A stretch of DNA of 39,504 nucleotides from a virus (taxonomy: Duplodnaviria; Caudoviricetes). Positions 9,552 through 18,345 of the stretch are shown here, piece after piece. Where the stretch lies: positions 1 through 39,504 of IMG/VR virus record IMGVR_UViG_3300012936_000052; one strand, 5' to 3'. The position numbers and the translations under genes are program-made. Under the pieces are notes generated by a model that was given only the letters and a program-made list of their open reading frames with translations, was not told the origin of the DNA and did no database searches. Every line of letters starts with the position of its first letter. The first letter of the stretch is position 1.

Positions 9552-10713
9552 CACAGCAGTTTCACCAGAAAGCTTATTGCGGGTAACTAACCCGTATGAG
9601 TTTTTCGCAGACCCCGAAAAGCCCAAAGCGTTAGCGGGTGGTAAAGTCTATTTTGGTTTGCCGACTTACGACCCTGTGCAGCCAGAGAACCGCAAGCGTG
9701 TGTATATTGCGCAGGAAGACGGTGAAACGATAGCGATTGACCAACCCATCAGTTTAGGCAATGGTGGCGTACCGATGTATAACGGCTCACCTGTTATCTT
9801 ATTGGTTGATGGCCCTTACTCTATGCGCGTGCTGGATAAGAATGGTGCAAGTAAATACTATGCGCCTAAAGTCAATCAACTATCTAGTTCTGAGATTGGC
9901 TCACAGCCACGCACAGAGGTTTTAACACTAACGGCTGGCCAAAGTACGGTTACATTCTCAAACGTTGATGTAAGTACCGCTGTTTTTGATATTGCAGGCA
10001 ATGACGTAGACGACGGGCCGCTATTTCGCGATACGCATTACGCTATTGCGGACGGTGGTGCGGGCATTATAACGCTACTGCAAACCTATCCCGCAGGTAC
10101 AGAGATTCGCGGCAGGCAATTTGCGGCAGACGATACAACTAGCACAAGCGTTACCACCAACCTAAAACGATATACATTCCGCACAGTGGCAGAGGCTAAA
10201 GCTGCACCGCTAGAAATCGACGACGTTGTTGAGTTAATGGACTTGAATGATGTAGATGACGAGGAAGGCGGCTTGCGTTATCTAGTAGTAGACGAAGGTG
10301 CAGGCTCAGACGATGGGCTTAACTACATCACGCTAGATAATAACCTGCAACTTAAAGCGTATCGCTTCCGAAATCGCCTAAGAAGTTACAGCGAATCAGA
10401 GCTAACCGTTTCGCCTAGCGGCACTGAGTTAATTTTAGACGCAAGCCGGGCAACAGCATTTAAAGTTATCCTTGATAGAAATATCACTGACGTAAAAATA
10501 GTTAATCAAAACCCGATATCAGCTAACACGGTTTCGTTGAAGATTCGACAAGGTGCGGCGGGTAACTATACCGTCGCTTACCCATCAGTTGACTTTGGTG
10601 CAGCGGGTGCGCCTAGCATGTCAAACGGTGCGGCTAAAGAGGACATTGTTGTCTTTAGTGTGTATGCAGGCGGCAAGGTTTACGGCTCAGTATTCGGTCA
10701 GGGGTTTAATTAA
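9535..10713 (+). CDS. Tail adapter with a P22 tailspike head-binding domain and no catalytic beta-helix
   Basis: N-terminal NPYEFF...GKVYFG...DP...VYIAQEDG...QPI...GVPMYNG...YSMRVLD matches the head-binding domain. Confidence 0.8.
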   Translation: MTILNNTAVSPESLLRVTNPYEFFADPEKPKALAGGKVYFGLPTYDPVQPENRKRVYIAQEDGETIAIDQPISLGNGGVPMYNGSPVILLVDGPYSMRVLDKNGASKYYAPKVNQLSSSEIGSQPRTEVLTLTAGQSTVTFSNVDVSTAVFDIAGNDVDDGPLFRDTHYAIADGGAGIITLLQTYPAGTEIRGRQFAADDTTSTSVTTNLKRYTFRTVAEAKAAPLEIDDVVELMDLNDVDDEEGGLRYLVVDEGAGSDDGLNYITLDNNLQLKAYRFRNRLRSYSESELTVSPSGTELILDASRATAFKVILDRNITDVKIVNQNPISANTVSLKIRQGAAGNYTVAYPSVDFGAAGAPSMSNGAAKEDIVVFSVYAGGKVYGSVFGQGFN

Positions 10714-11066
10714 TGCTTGGTATTGGTAAAGGCGCGGGCGGGTATACAGCCCCGCCAGTTCCTCAAGATGTTAGCGCATCCATATCGCCTAGTAGTTTTG
10801 TTGGCGCATCCTCTAATGGCTCATATACCACGCCTTTTTTTAACGCGGTAGCGAGTAACGGTGTTGGGCCATTCACTTACTCATGGTCAATCGATGAGGG
10901 CATTGTGCAATCACCTAACAGCATTAAAACGCGAGTTGTTCTGTCAGGGTATAATAGATTTGTGCAAACCGTGTTAAGATTAACCATAACAGACACAGGT
11001 GATGGTAATAAGACAGCTAGCGCAACGGCTAACGTTTCCGTTTCGTTTGAGGACCAATTGCGATGA
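10713..11066 (+). CDS. Small Ig/PKD-like tail-associated protein
   Basis: ASNGVGPFTYSW...LTITD beta-sandwich pattern; translationally coupled within the tail operon. Confidence 0.55.
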   Translation: MLGIGKGAGGYTAPPVPQDVSASISPSSFVGASSNGSYTTPFFNAVASNGVGPFTYSWSIDEGIVQSPNSIKTRVVLSGYNRFVQTVLRLTITDTGDGNKTASATANVSVSFEDQLR

Positions 11067-13135
11067 AGAAATATTTAAACAGTGTGGTAGCAAAGTTTGA
11101 CACTACACAAAGCGGAAATGCGGCAACAGGCACAACAATTACAGTGCGCGATTCCTCAACAGGGCTTCGCGCTTCTTTGTTTAGTGACAATGGCGTAATG
11201 GCGTTGAGTAACCCGTTTACCGTTGATAGTAATGGCAACTATGAGTTTTACGTTGCTGATGGCCGCTATGATATTTATCAAGATGAAGGATTACCTTCTC
11301 AACTAGTGCTGCGCGATGTAAGTATATTTGATGTGTCGATTAATTTTGGCGCACCAAAAACAGTCACGGCGCTTGTTAGTAATATTTTCAACTTCGGTGT
11401 TGGCTCATTACTAACCGTTGGCGGCTACGCTTCACAAGGCGACGGCGGCACAGGGCAATGGATTAAAACCGCAGACACTGATACGGCCTCGCAGTCTCCA
11501 CTTGTAAGGCAAGACGGTACATTGACAGACCTACGCGGCGCAGTGTGGCGTTTGGTTACGTCTGGCGATTTAGACCCGCGGGCCGTTGGCTTCGTTGGCA
11601 TAGGTAATGAAACATCGGCTTTAAAGGCTGCGGTGGCTGCGGTGGGTGAAGGCGGTACGGTCAGGCTTGATAAGAAATACAACTTCACCATTGATGAGCT
11701 AGACACAAAATGCACGACAGTAGACTTCGCCAATAGTGAAGTAATAAGCGCAGCATTTGGCTTTGCGCTGTACTCAGAAGGCTCATTTTCAAATCAGGTG
11801 GCTGTTTCGTCAGTGTCAAGTAAAACCGTTATTGTCGCTGATGCGTCAGGATATAACGAGGGCGATGTGGTAAAAATCACATGCACCGATGAGCAACCTG
11901 ACTTTTGGGATGGTAATAGATATCTTGGGCAGTTTGCGACTATTGATGTACTTTCAGGTAACACGTTGACACTGGACCGTAAAATCCATGACTTCGGGCT
12001 TTATCAAAACAACGTAACTCTGTTTAAGTTGGATAAAAAGACAGCCAAGATATGCAACTTAACTATATCACCTGTTGCGTCTTACGCTGACCATGCCCCG
12101 CTAGTTACTTTCTTTTCACTGTACAAACCAGTGATGGAAAACGTAAATATTGTTAATTCAAAAGACGTAGGTATGAATTACATATCCTGCTATGGGTACG
12201 TAAACAAAGATTGTTCGGTTGTCAATAGTTTAGATAATGCAGTAACAAGGAATTTCGGTTACGGCATATATGACCAAAGTTGTGACGGTGGTTTTGTTAT
12301 TAATTACCTGTTCAACGGCGGTCGTCACGCTTTCACTAACGGCGGTGCAACATCAAGAGGTGGTCTTGATGAGCGTAGCGGGTATAGTACGAATTGCCGC
12401 GTAGTAGACAGTATTGCGAGAGCGGCGACAACAGGCGCATGGGATACACACCCAGGTTTCATTGATATTTCTTTTGAGAACTGTGAGGCTTATGACTGCG
12501 GCAACTTTGGACAGATAAGAAGCCGAAACGTTAGATTCATCCAGCCATTCGGTAGAGGCTTACAGGTTGGCATCGCTATGGCTGGCGGTCAAGTAGGTGC
12601 AACTATTAACCCTGCATCTGGTGCTGAGATAATAAATGCTGACCTAGAATACAATGAGACAGGCATAGCATATTACGAAGGAGACCCGCCAGCCGGTACA
12701 GACCCAGCGGAAATACGTATCGAGGGAGGGATATTTAAACCTTTAGGCAATTTTAGAGGGTTCTTACTAGAGGCTAGAAATTCGCCGATAATCGCAGAGA
12801 TAAAAAACGTAACCGTTAAGGTGCGCACGCTTGCTACTGACGCAATTATTTTTCTTGGTGTTCACGATGGGCACGAGGTTAATGTTAACGGGCTTGATGT
12901 ATTCGTCGAATCAAATTCTGGCGGTAACTTCGGCGTTGTTAGAGGTTCAAGCTCGTTTAGCGCAATATCGTATGACGTAAGTGTTCAGCGCGTCACATTC
13001 ACAGGCGTTGATAGCATGGACTTATCAGCGGCGACAAACATGGATGCGTACATTAACGATGTGCGTGCGAAGTCTGCAAATTCACTAACAGCGGTCATAG
13101 GCGGCACATCCCTAACATGGGGCGGCGCGGTTTAA
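11063..13135 (+). CDS. Tailspike / polysaccharide depolymerase 1
   Basis: N-terminal anchoring module (NPFTVDSNGNYEFYVADGRYDI), GDGG module, then a parallel beta-helix-like body. Confidence 0.8.
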   Translation: MKKYLNSVVAKFDTTQSGNAATGTTITVRDSSTGLRASLFSDNGVMALSNPFTVDSNGNYEFYVADGRYDIYQDEGLPSQLVLRDVSIFDVSINFGAPKTVTALVSNIFNFGVGSLLTVGGYASQGDGGTGQWIKTADTDTASQSPLVRQDGTLTDLRGAVWRLVTSGDLDPRAVGFVGIGNETSALKAAVAAVGEGGTVRLDKKYNFTIDELDTKCTTVDFANSEVISAAFGFALYSEGSFSNQVAVSSVSSKTVIVADASGYNEGDVVKITCTDEQPDFWDGNRYLGQFATIDVLSGNTLTLDRKIHDFGLYQNNVTLFKLDKKTAKICNLTISPVASYADHAPLVTFFSLYKPVMENVNIVNSKDVGMNYISCYGYVNKDCSVVNSLDNAVTRNFGYGIYDQSCDGGFVINYLFNGGRHAFTNGGATSRGGLDERSGYSTNCRVVDSIARAATTGAWDTHPGFIDISFENCEAYDCGNFGQIRSRNVRFIQPFGRGLQVGIAMAGGQVGATINPASGAEIINADLEYNETGIAYYEGDPPAGTDPAEIRIEGGIFKPLGNFRGFLLEARNSPIIAEIKNVTVKVRTLATDAIIFLGVHDGHEVNVNGLDVFVESNSGGNFGVVRGSSSFSAISYDVSVQRVTFTGVDSMDLSAATNMDAYINDVRAKSANSLTAVIGGTSLTWGGAV

Positions 13136-13150
13136 TATAAGGGTAACAAA

Positions 13151-15076
13151 ATGAAAAGATGGTCAACCGTACAGGATTTTATAGCTAACGGTAAACTACC
13201 ACCAAATGAAACCGTTGCAGCCTTTGAGGGGTTTGCTTCAAAGGGTGATGGCGGTGCTTCTTTATGGCTTGTTACTGGTGCTACTGGTACGCCTTCGCAA
13301 CCTCCTATACAGCGTGGTGATAATCTACTGACAGACACGACAGGCGCGGTCTTTAAGCCGCAGCTTGGCTCGGTGTTTTATTTTGACGGGACAAATCAGT
13401 GGTTTCCATCGCCATTCGGTGATAATGGTAACGGGATTTATCAGTATAACGGTGCGGGATGGAACTATTACGAACAAGCAGGTGGGGCTGTGCCTATCGC
13501 CGTTACTACTGGATTAATTACCAATGCGTTTAACTATGAGGTTGGTACGGCACTTTCGTTTACAGGCTACTCTTCCCCTGGCGATGGTGGTAGCGCTCAG
13601 TGGATTAAGACAAGTGAAACAGGCTCACAAAGTCAAAGCCCTGCTTTGCGTGGCGATGGTACGTTGACGGATGCGACGGGGGCGGTTTGGGAAATTGTTT
13701 CATCTGGCACGATTGATGTTTCTCAGTTGGGATTTATCCCCAACGGCGCGGATGATACTGACCAGCTAAATGCGTTATCTATGATTGTATCTCAAGGTGG
13801 CGATTACACGTTGTCAAAAGAGTACGAGGTGCAATCTAGGTGGCGAATCTCAAATGGCTCAGGGTTTAAGTTGAGATTCATAGGAGGTGGCAAGGTAACT
13901 AGGATTGGCGGCACATCTACGGTTTTCGAGGTGACGGATAGCAACAACTTTGAGTTGTTTAGCCCTGTAATTGATGGCGGTGGCGCAGGCGGTAATCACG
14001 GGATTGTTATATCCGATTGCAATGACAGTAGAGTCTATAACCCAATCGTAACCAATCATACAAACACAGGTATACTTGTTTTCGGTACAGTCTCTGACAC
14101 ATACGCTAGAAACTACATTTTCAATCCTGTTATCGACGGGCTTGGTGTTGCCAATAACGGAATACTTATAGGCGACCTGAACGACTCACATACCTACAAC
14201 GCATCGGTCAAAGGTTGTGCGGGGTCTCCAGGTATAGGCTTGCAGCTTAAAAATGAGTGCAGCAACTGCTCAATAACTGGAATAGTTGAAAATTGCTTTG
14301 TTGGTCTTGGTTTTGGGCGAGAGTCTGTTACCGGTGTCCAAAACTCAAAGGCTAGCGCAATAGTTATGGGTTGCACAGCGGGATTTCAAGCCAGCGGCGC
14401 ATCTGGCAATAGTGTAGATGTTAAAATAGATATGCTAGGCTCGGGTGAAAATGCAATCGACTGGCAACAAAACTGTAATAACAACTACACGGCGGCAGAA
14501 GTTCAGAATATGGCAGCTAGCAAATCTGTTGTTAGGCTGAGTGGTGATGCTGGAGTACTTCAAGATAACATAGTTGACTTAAACAATATTAAAGACATCA
14601 GTAGCTCAGCCATTGCTAACTTCGGCAGCACAGCAACGAGAAATACTGTTAATATTAAAAAATGGAATGCTGACCCCGCTGTTGTTGATGGCGTTATGAG
14701 TCGAGTTATAGATACCTCTAGCGCAGGCTCAAACACGATAAATTACAGCGACCAAACGGTTTATATAAACGAGGCCATAAGTGCAGGGGTTGTTGCTATA
14801 CAGAACAGAGGGGTAAAACTGCTCATAGTTGACACAGAAGCTAGCGCGGCAACTGGCGACCTAGACAGCATAACAGGAACTTTCTATGATGGTGATACTC
14901 TTATGGTTCGCTCACAGTCAAACGTGCGCGATGTTACCGTTAAGCATGGCGTTGGGAATATCTTACTCAATGGAAGCGCTGATTTTGTATTGTCTGGTGT
15001 AGCTGATAGCTTGCTCTTAATGTATAACGCAAACATATCAAGTTGGACGCAATTGAGCGGAAATAACGTGACTTAA
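13151..15076 (+). CDS. Tailspike / polysaccharide depolymerase 2
   Basis: Two GDGG modules, GADDT entry into an Asn/Gly-rich beta-helix (NHGI, NNGI, GIGL), C-terminal DTEASAATGDLDSI domain. Confidence 0.82.
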   Translation: MKRWSTVQDFIANGKLPPNETVAAFEGFASKGDGGASLWLVTGATGTPSQPPIQRGDNLLTDTTGAVFKPQLGSVFYFDGTNQWFPSPFGDNGNGIYQYNGAGWNYYEQAGGAVPIAVTTGLITNAFNYEVGTALSFTGYSSPGDGGSAQWIKTSETGSQSQSPALRGDGTLTDATGAVWEIVSSGTIDVSQLGFIPNGADDTDQLNALSMIVSQGGDYTLSKEYEVQSRWRISNGSGFKLRFIGGGKVTRIGGTSTVFEVTDSNNFELFSPVIDGGGAGGNHGIVISDCNDSRVYNPIVTNHTNTGILVFGTVSDTYARNYIFNPVIDGLGVANNGILIGDLNDSHTYNASVKGCAGSPGIGLQLKNECSNCSITGIVENCFVGLGFGRESVTGVQNSKASAIVMGCTAGFQASGASGNSVDVKIDMLGSGENAIDWQQNCNNNYTAAEVQNMAASKSVVRLSGDAGVLQDNIVDLNNIKDISSSAIANFGSTATRNTVNIKKWNADPAVVDGVMSRVIDTSSAGSNTINYSDQTVYINEAISAGVVAIQNRGVKLLIVDTEASAATGDLDSITGTFYDGDTLMVRSQSNVRDVTVKHGVGNILLNGSADFVLSGVADSLLLMYNANISSWTQLSGNNVT

Positions 15077-15080
15077 AAAC

Positions 15081-15103
15081 AAACCCCTTTATTGGGGCTT
15101 TTT
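15081..15103 (+). terminator. Probable intrinsic terminator after the tail operon
   Basis: CCCC-tttatt-GGGG followed by CTTTTT; short stem. Confidence 0.5.
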
Positions 15104-15147
15104 ATTGTGCGATACTAAAGGCTAATTTCAATATGAGGATGGTAAAA

Positions 15148-15204
15148 ATGGCAGGCGCTAAAAAAGGTACACGCGGTAAAACTGGCAGTAAGACCAAAAA
15201 GTAA
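15148..15204 (+). CDS. 18-aa basic micropeptide MAGAKKGTRGKTGSKTKK
   Basis: GAGGA RBS 8 nt upstream; stop lies 3 nt before the next ATG; below the ORF-track size cutoff. Confidence 0.5.
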   Translation: MAGAKKGTRGKTGSKTKK

Positions 15205-15207
15205 ATT

Positions 15208-15696
15208 ATGAACATCTGTATACTTCTGCTGTATATAGTAACCGTAATAATTGCAAGAAGCAGGTATTCGTCAGCCTGCTTTTTTGCTTTCCTAACTGTA
15301 TTATTGTTGCAATTAACATACAGTGAAGAAGTCACAAACAAGGAGATATACACATCCTTTTTCTTCTTCATGGCTCTATATCTAACAATAGCTTATTACC
15401 ACTTAAAACACTCTTTAATACTCCCATCGGTTGCTTGTTCTGCTATTGCGCTATACAGTCTTGTCTATGCCATTGATACAATTGCAAATTATGAAACACA
15501 AACATGGCTTTGGCACAATCATGAAAGTATTATCTTTATACTGCATATTGCTCTTATGTGCGTATCTATCCCAAAGTTCAATACCGCCTTGGCTAATTGC
15601 TGGCATAATTCTTTCAGGGTATTTACTAACATGCTACATATTCAGCTTAATCGTTATTGCAGTAAAAGGACGGAAGGCAAGGAGGGCTTTAAATGA
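15208..15696 (+). CDS. Multi-pass membrane protein, lysis region
   Basis: Several hydrophobic segments; AT-rich; overlaps the next start codon (ATGA-type coupling). Confidence 0.65.
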   Translation: MNICILLLYIVTVIIARSRYSSACFFAFLTVLLLQLTYSEEVTNKEIYTSFFFFMALYLTIAYYHLKHSLILPSVACSAIALYSLVYAIDTIANYETQTWLWHNHESIIFILHIALMCVSIPKFNTALANCWHNSFRVFTNMLHIQLNRYCSKRTEGKEGFK

Positions 15697-16025
15697 GCAA
15701 CGAGACTGAGCAGTTATTCAAAATGGTCGAGAAGCTAGAGAATCAACAAGCCGACACAAACGGCGAATTGAGAAACCTGTCACAAAAGATAGGCGACTTG
15801 GTAACGGTTATAGCTAGACGTGAAGTTCACGACGAAAATATGACTCGACGCATAGACGACTGCGAGAACAGATTAAACAACCACTCTAAACGCATTAATG
15901 CGCTCGAAGCTGCTCACGCTGGCTCTGTGGCAGAGCGAAAGCTTGTTGATTGGGTGATTAAGGCGGCTGTTGGTGTTGTAGTCGCTGTTGTGCTCTATGG
16001 GGCTTTTAAGAGTTATGGTGGCTAG
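15693..16025 (+). CDS. Coiled-coil protein with a C-terminal TM helix (holin/antiholin-like)
   Basis: GGAGG RBS; heptads then WVIKAAVGVVVAVVLYGAF; directly upstream of the endolysin. Confidence 0.6.
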   Translation: MSNETEQLFKMVEKLENQQADTNGELRNLSQKIGDLVTVIARREVHDENMTRRIDDCENRLNNHSKRINALEAAHAGSVAERKLVDWVIKAAVGVVVAVVLYGAFKSYGG

Positions 16026-16026
16026 C

Positions 16027-16413
16027 ATGTTTAAACTTAGTAAATCCTCACTACGAAACCTCGATAGCGTTCACCCTGAATTAGTGGACGTTGTTAAACT
16101 CGCAATTCAAATTACAAAAGTTGATTTTGGCATACCATCAACGGGCGGTTATCGCACCGCAGAAGCACAGCATAAACTTTTCCTAGATGGTAAATCTAAA
16201 GCGGACGGTTACACCAACAAATCATACCACCAAACAGGAAACGCAGTAGACGTATTCGCTTATGTTGATTGTAAGGCTAGTTGGCAACCAGAGCATCTTT
16301 CACAAGTCGCTTGCGCGATGTTAGAGGCTGCGATTAGGCTTGATGTTAATTTGAGGTGGGGTGGTCACTTCAAGAGCTTTATTGATATGCCGCATTTTGA
16401 GAGGATTGGATGA
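16027..16413 (+). CDS. Endolysin, peptidase M15 family (L-Ala-D-Glu peptidase type)
   Basis: FKLSKSS...VHPELV, GYRT...Q, SYH..GNAVD and WGG....DMPHFE zinc motifs. Confidence 0.92.
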   Translation: MFKLSKSSLRNLDSVHPELVDVVKLAIQITKVDFGIPSTGGYRTAEAQHKLFLDGKSKADGYTNKSYHQTGNAVDVFAYVDCKASWQPEHLSQVACAMLEAAIRLDVNLRWGGHFKSFIDMPHFERIG

Positions 16414-16853
16414 TGAGTTTTTGGGGTAAATTATTCGGCACTGACACTGCCATAGAAAAAACAATCGACACCGTATCGGCTGGGCTGGATAAACTCTACT
16501 ACTCTGATGAAGAAAAGGCAGACGACGCAAAGGCTGACAGGTCAGAAGCGCGTCAGATGGTAGTACAGTGGATGGCGGCAACTAGCGGCCAAAACCTTGC
16601 TAGGAGGTTTATAGCGTTATCAATAGTAGGCGTATGGCTTGGCATGTACGTTTCAGCTTCTATCGGCTCTATGATTGCTGTATGGGTTGACGGTAGAGAT
16701 AAGTGGCTAGAGACAAGCAATCTGCTATTTGAATTTGCTAACGGATTGAATGATGTTGTAATGCTGATAATAGCGTTTTATTTCTGCGCACCTTACATGG
16801 GTACTTTTGCTAACGGCATTATGGAAAGAATGGCGAGCAAGGGCAAAAAATAA
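16410..16853 (+). CDS. Holin-like membrane protein (3TM GTA-release holin-like)
   Basis: GLDKLYYSDEEKA, ARRFIAL, TM helices and IIAFYF; follows the endolysin. Confidence 0.7.
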   Translation: MMSFWGKLFGTDTAIEKTIDTVSAGLDKLYYSDEEKADDAKADRSEARQMVVQWMAATSGQNLARRFIALSIVGVWLGMYVSASIGSMIAVWVDGRDKWLETSNLLFEFANGLNDVVMLIIAFYFCAPYMGTFANGIMERMASKGKK

Positions 16854-16870
16854 CCCCGCTATTTGCGGGA
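16845..16870 (-). terminator. Terminator at the convergence of the late and leftward arms
   Basis: CCCGC-tattt-GCGGG with an A-run on its left (T-run on the minus strand). Confidence 0.6.
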
Positions 16871-17284
16871 CTTTGTCATAGCTTCAAGCGCCTCAAACGC
16901 TGAATTTATCTGCTCAGAATATTTATCTAACTCATTACCTTTAAGATTTAATTCTCTAGCCATTCTTGATACTGAGTTGTATTTTTTAACCAAATTGCTG
17001 TAATCGTTAGCTTCTTTGCTCTCATCTTTTACTGTTTCGGCTTTTGACCCATAAAATTGATTAATATCCTCACCTTCAATATAAACCCAGCTACCATCAC
17101 CAACTGGGCTACCATCTTCTTTTCTTAACTTTGTTCTTAGACCTTCAACTTCAAATTGTTTAGGCGTTACTTTTGTAACCTCTCTAGGAATAAAGAAAGT
17201 TTTTCCTGTTCTATTCCACCCTCCAATAGCTATTAACGTCTTAGTGTAAACCGTATCGCCAACTTTTACATTTACGAATTTCAT
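16859..17284 (-). CDS. Hypothetical protein, SH3-like beta-barrel N-terminus
   Basis: VKVGDTVY...EVTKVTPKQF; ATGA coupling to the upstream ORF. Confidence 0.7.
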   Translation of the reverse strand: MKFVNVKVGDTVYTKTLIAIGGWNRTGKTFFIPREVTKVTPKQFEVEGLRTKLRKEDGSPVGDGSWVYIEGEDINQFYGSKAETVKDESKEANDYSNLVKKYNSVSRMARELNLKGNELDKYSEQINSAFEALEAMTKSRK

Positions 17285-17415
17285 CTATTCACCCCATCCC
17301 ATTGTTTGCTGTTCTCACGTAAAACCGCCACAACTTGCTCTACGGTTATCTTTAACACTTGCGCTATATCTTGTACGCTATCGCCAAACCTGAAACGTGT
17401 CACTATTGAGTGCAT
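17281..17415 (-). CDS. 44-aa HTH-like protein (DUF433-like pattern)
   Basis: MHSIVTRFRFGDSVQDIAQVLKITVEQVVAVLRENSKQWDGVNR; AGGAG RBS; not in the ORF track. Confidence 0.65.
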   Translation of the reverse strand: MHSIVTRFRFGDSVQDIAQVLKITVEQVVAVLRENSKQWDGVNR

Positions 17416-17424
17416 GCTATTCTC

Positions 17425-17628
17425 CTATACTACGCTAACGGTTACAGAATTAAGTGAGTAATACCAACCAAATCCGCAAAGTGCATACGCGAGAACAAAT
17501 GCTACAATCTCGCCAAAATCAAGCTTTCTCCCTCCAACATTAACAGGAATAAAAACCATCGCGACACACATCAATGTGGGCCAAATGTTAAATAAAATCC
17601 AAACTAAAAAACCGATTACAGCTAACAT
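17425..17628 (-). CDS. Small two-TM membrane protein
   Basis: GGAG RBS before ATG 17628; two hydrophobic helices. Confidence 0.7.
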   Translation of the reverse strand: MLAVIGFLVWILFNIWPTLMCVAMVFIPVNVGGRKLDFGEIVAFVLAYALCGFGWYYSLNSVTVSVV

Positions 17629-17650
17629 ATCAATCTCCAAAAATAAAAAA

Positions 17651-17772
17651 ACTGGTTGCGGTTAAGGTCAACGCATAACTTCGATTCGCATAATCATACA
17701 ACGTTGACGAGTTGCGCTAATCATCAAGCGACTATTGGGCTTGATTATTGGTTAATGAAATCCGCAACCAGT
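17651..17772 (-). ncRNA. Candidate structured RNA (three-way junction)
   Basis: 11-bp closing stem ACTGGTTGCGG/CCGCAACCAGT, two internal hairpins, T-run downstream on the minus strand. Confidence 0.5.
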
Positions 17773-17782
17773 GTAAAAAGAA

Positions 17783-17848
17783 ACCGCCTAGACAAAGACC
17801 ATGTTAAACAAACCGATTATGACAGGATTGTCTGTAATTCTAGGCGGT
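17783..17848 (-). ncRNA. Second candidate structured RNA element
   Basis: 10-bp stem ACCGCCTAGA/TCTAGGCGGT enclosing a GACA/TGTC hairpin; followed by TTCTTTTT on the minus strand. Confidence 0.4.
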
Positions 17849-17854
17849 GTGAAA

Positions 17855-17947
17855 CTAATACCCGCAATACATCAGTATCGCTATTGTAGCACCCGCAATC
17901 AGTACAGTTTTGAGTTGCGCCTTTCTGTTAATGTCTGTGCTTCTCAT
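17855..17947 (-). CDS. 30-aa single-TM peptide
   Basis: MRSTDINRKAQLKTVLIAGATIAILMYCGY; GGAG RBS; not in the ORF track. Confidence 0.55.
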   Translation of the reverse strand: MRSTDINRKAQLKTVLIAGATIAILMYCGY

Positions 17948-17986
17948 ATTTCACTCTCCGTTTTAAGCTACTGCGAGTCTGCTCGT

Positions 17987-18343
17987 TTATTTAATTGACT
18001 TGTAAGCCCACATCATTCTGTCTGATACGCTGCAATCAAGTCGCTTTCTTTCCATTCGCCCGTGATTCCACTCCCTAAAGAGCAAGCCGCGAACATCGCC
18101 TATTGAAACCGATACGCCACAGTTACCTAAACCGCTTTTAGCCATTTCCCGCATTAGCTCATGCGGAGTAAGGTATTTATCCTTGCAGTGGTAATGCGCG
18201 TTTATCTGTCCTTGAAATATTGGGGTGCCGTTATTTCTGTCGTAAGCGCCAATTGTGCCAGCTAGGAAAATCTCAGCTAGCTTTTTACCAAGCGCCGGAC
18301 TTTCCTTGCACAACTGTTTTAGGCTTGTTGGTTTTTGGTTCAT
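17987..18343 (-). CDS. Hypothetical protein (possible winged-helix C-terminus)
   Basis: 118-aa ORF in the leftward operon, GAGG RBS. Confidence 0.65.
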   Translation of the reverse strand: MNQKPTSLKQLCKESPALGKKLAEIFLAGTIGAYDRNNGTPIFQGQINAHYHCKDKYLTPHELMREMAKSGLGNCGVSVSIGDVRGLLFREWNHGRMERKRLDCSVSDRMMWAYKSIK

Positions 18344-18345
18344 AA

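Noticed and set aside
11063-15076. Diversity-generating retroelement or invertible tail-fibre switch
   Set aside because: No reverse transcriptase or invertase, and no near-identical nucleotide repeats; the similarity between spikes is mainly at protein level.
17651-17772. tRNA gene (CCGCAACCA end, TTCGATTC T-loop-like motif)
   Set aside because: Too long, no D or anticodon arms in place, and the TTCGATTC is not near the 3' end. Kept only as a generic structured RNA.
17651-17772. Retron msr/msd or hammerhead ribozyme
   Set aside because: No reverse transcriptase in the genome, and no CTGATGA/GAAA core in the right arrangement.
17656-17998. Plus-strand ORFs 17656-17889 and 17801-17998
   Set aside because: They oppose the local transcription direction, lack an RBS, and overlap better-supported minus-strand features.
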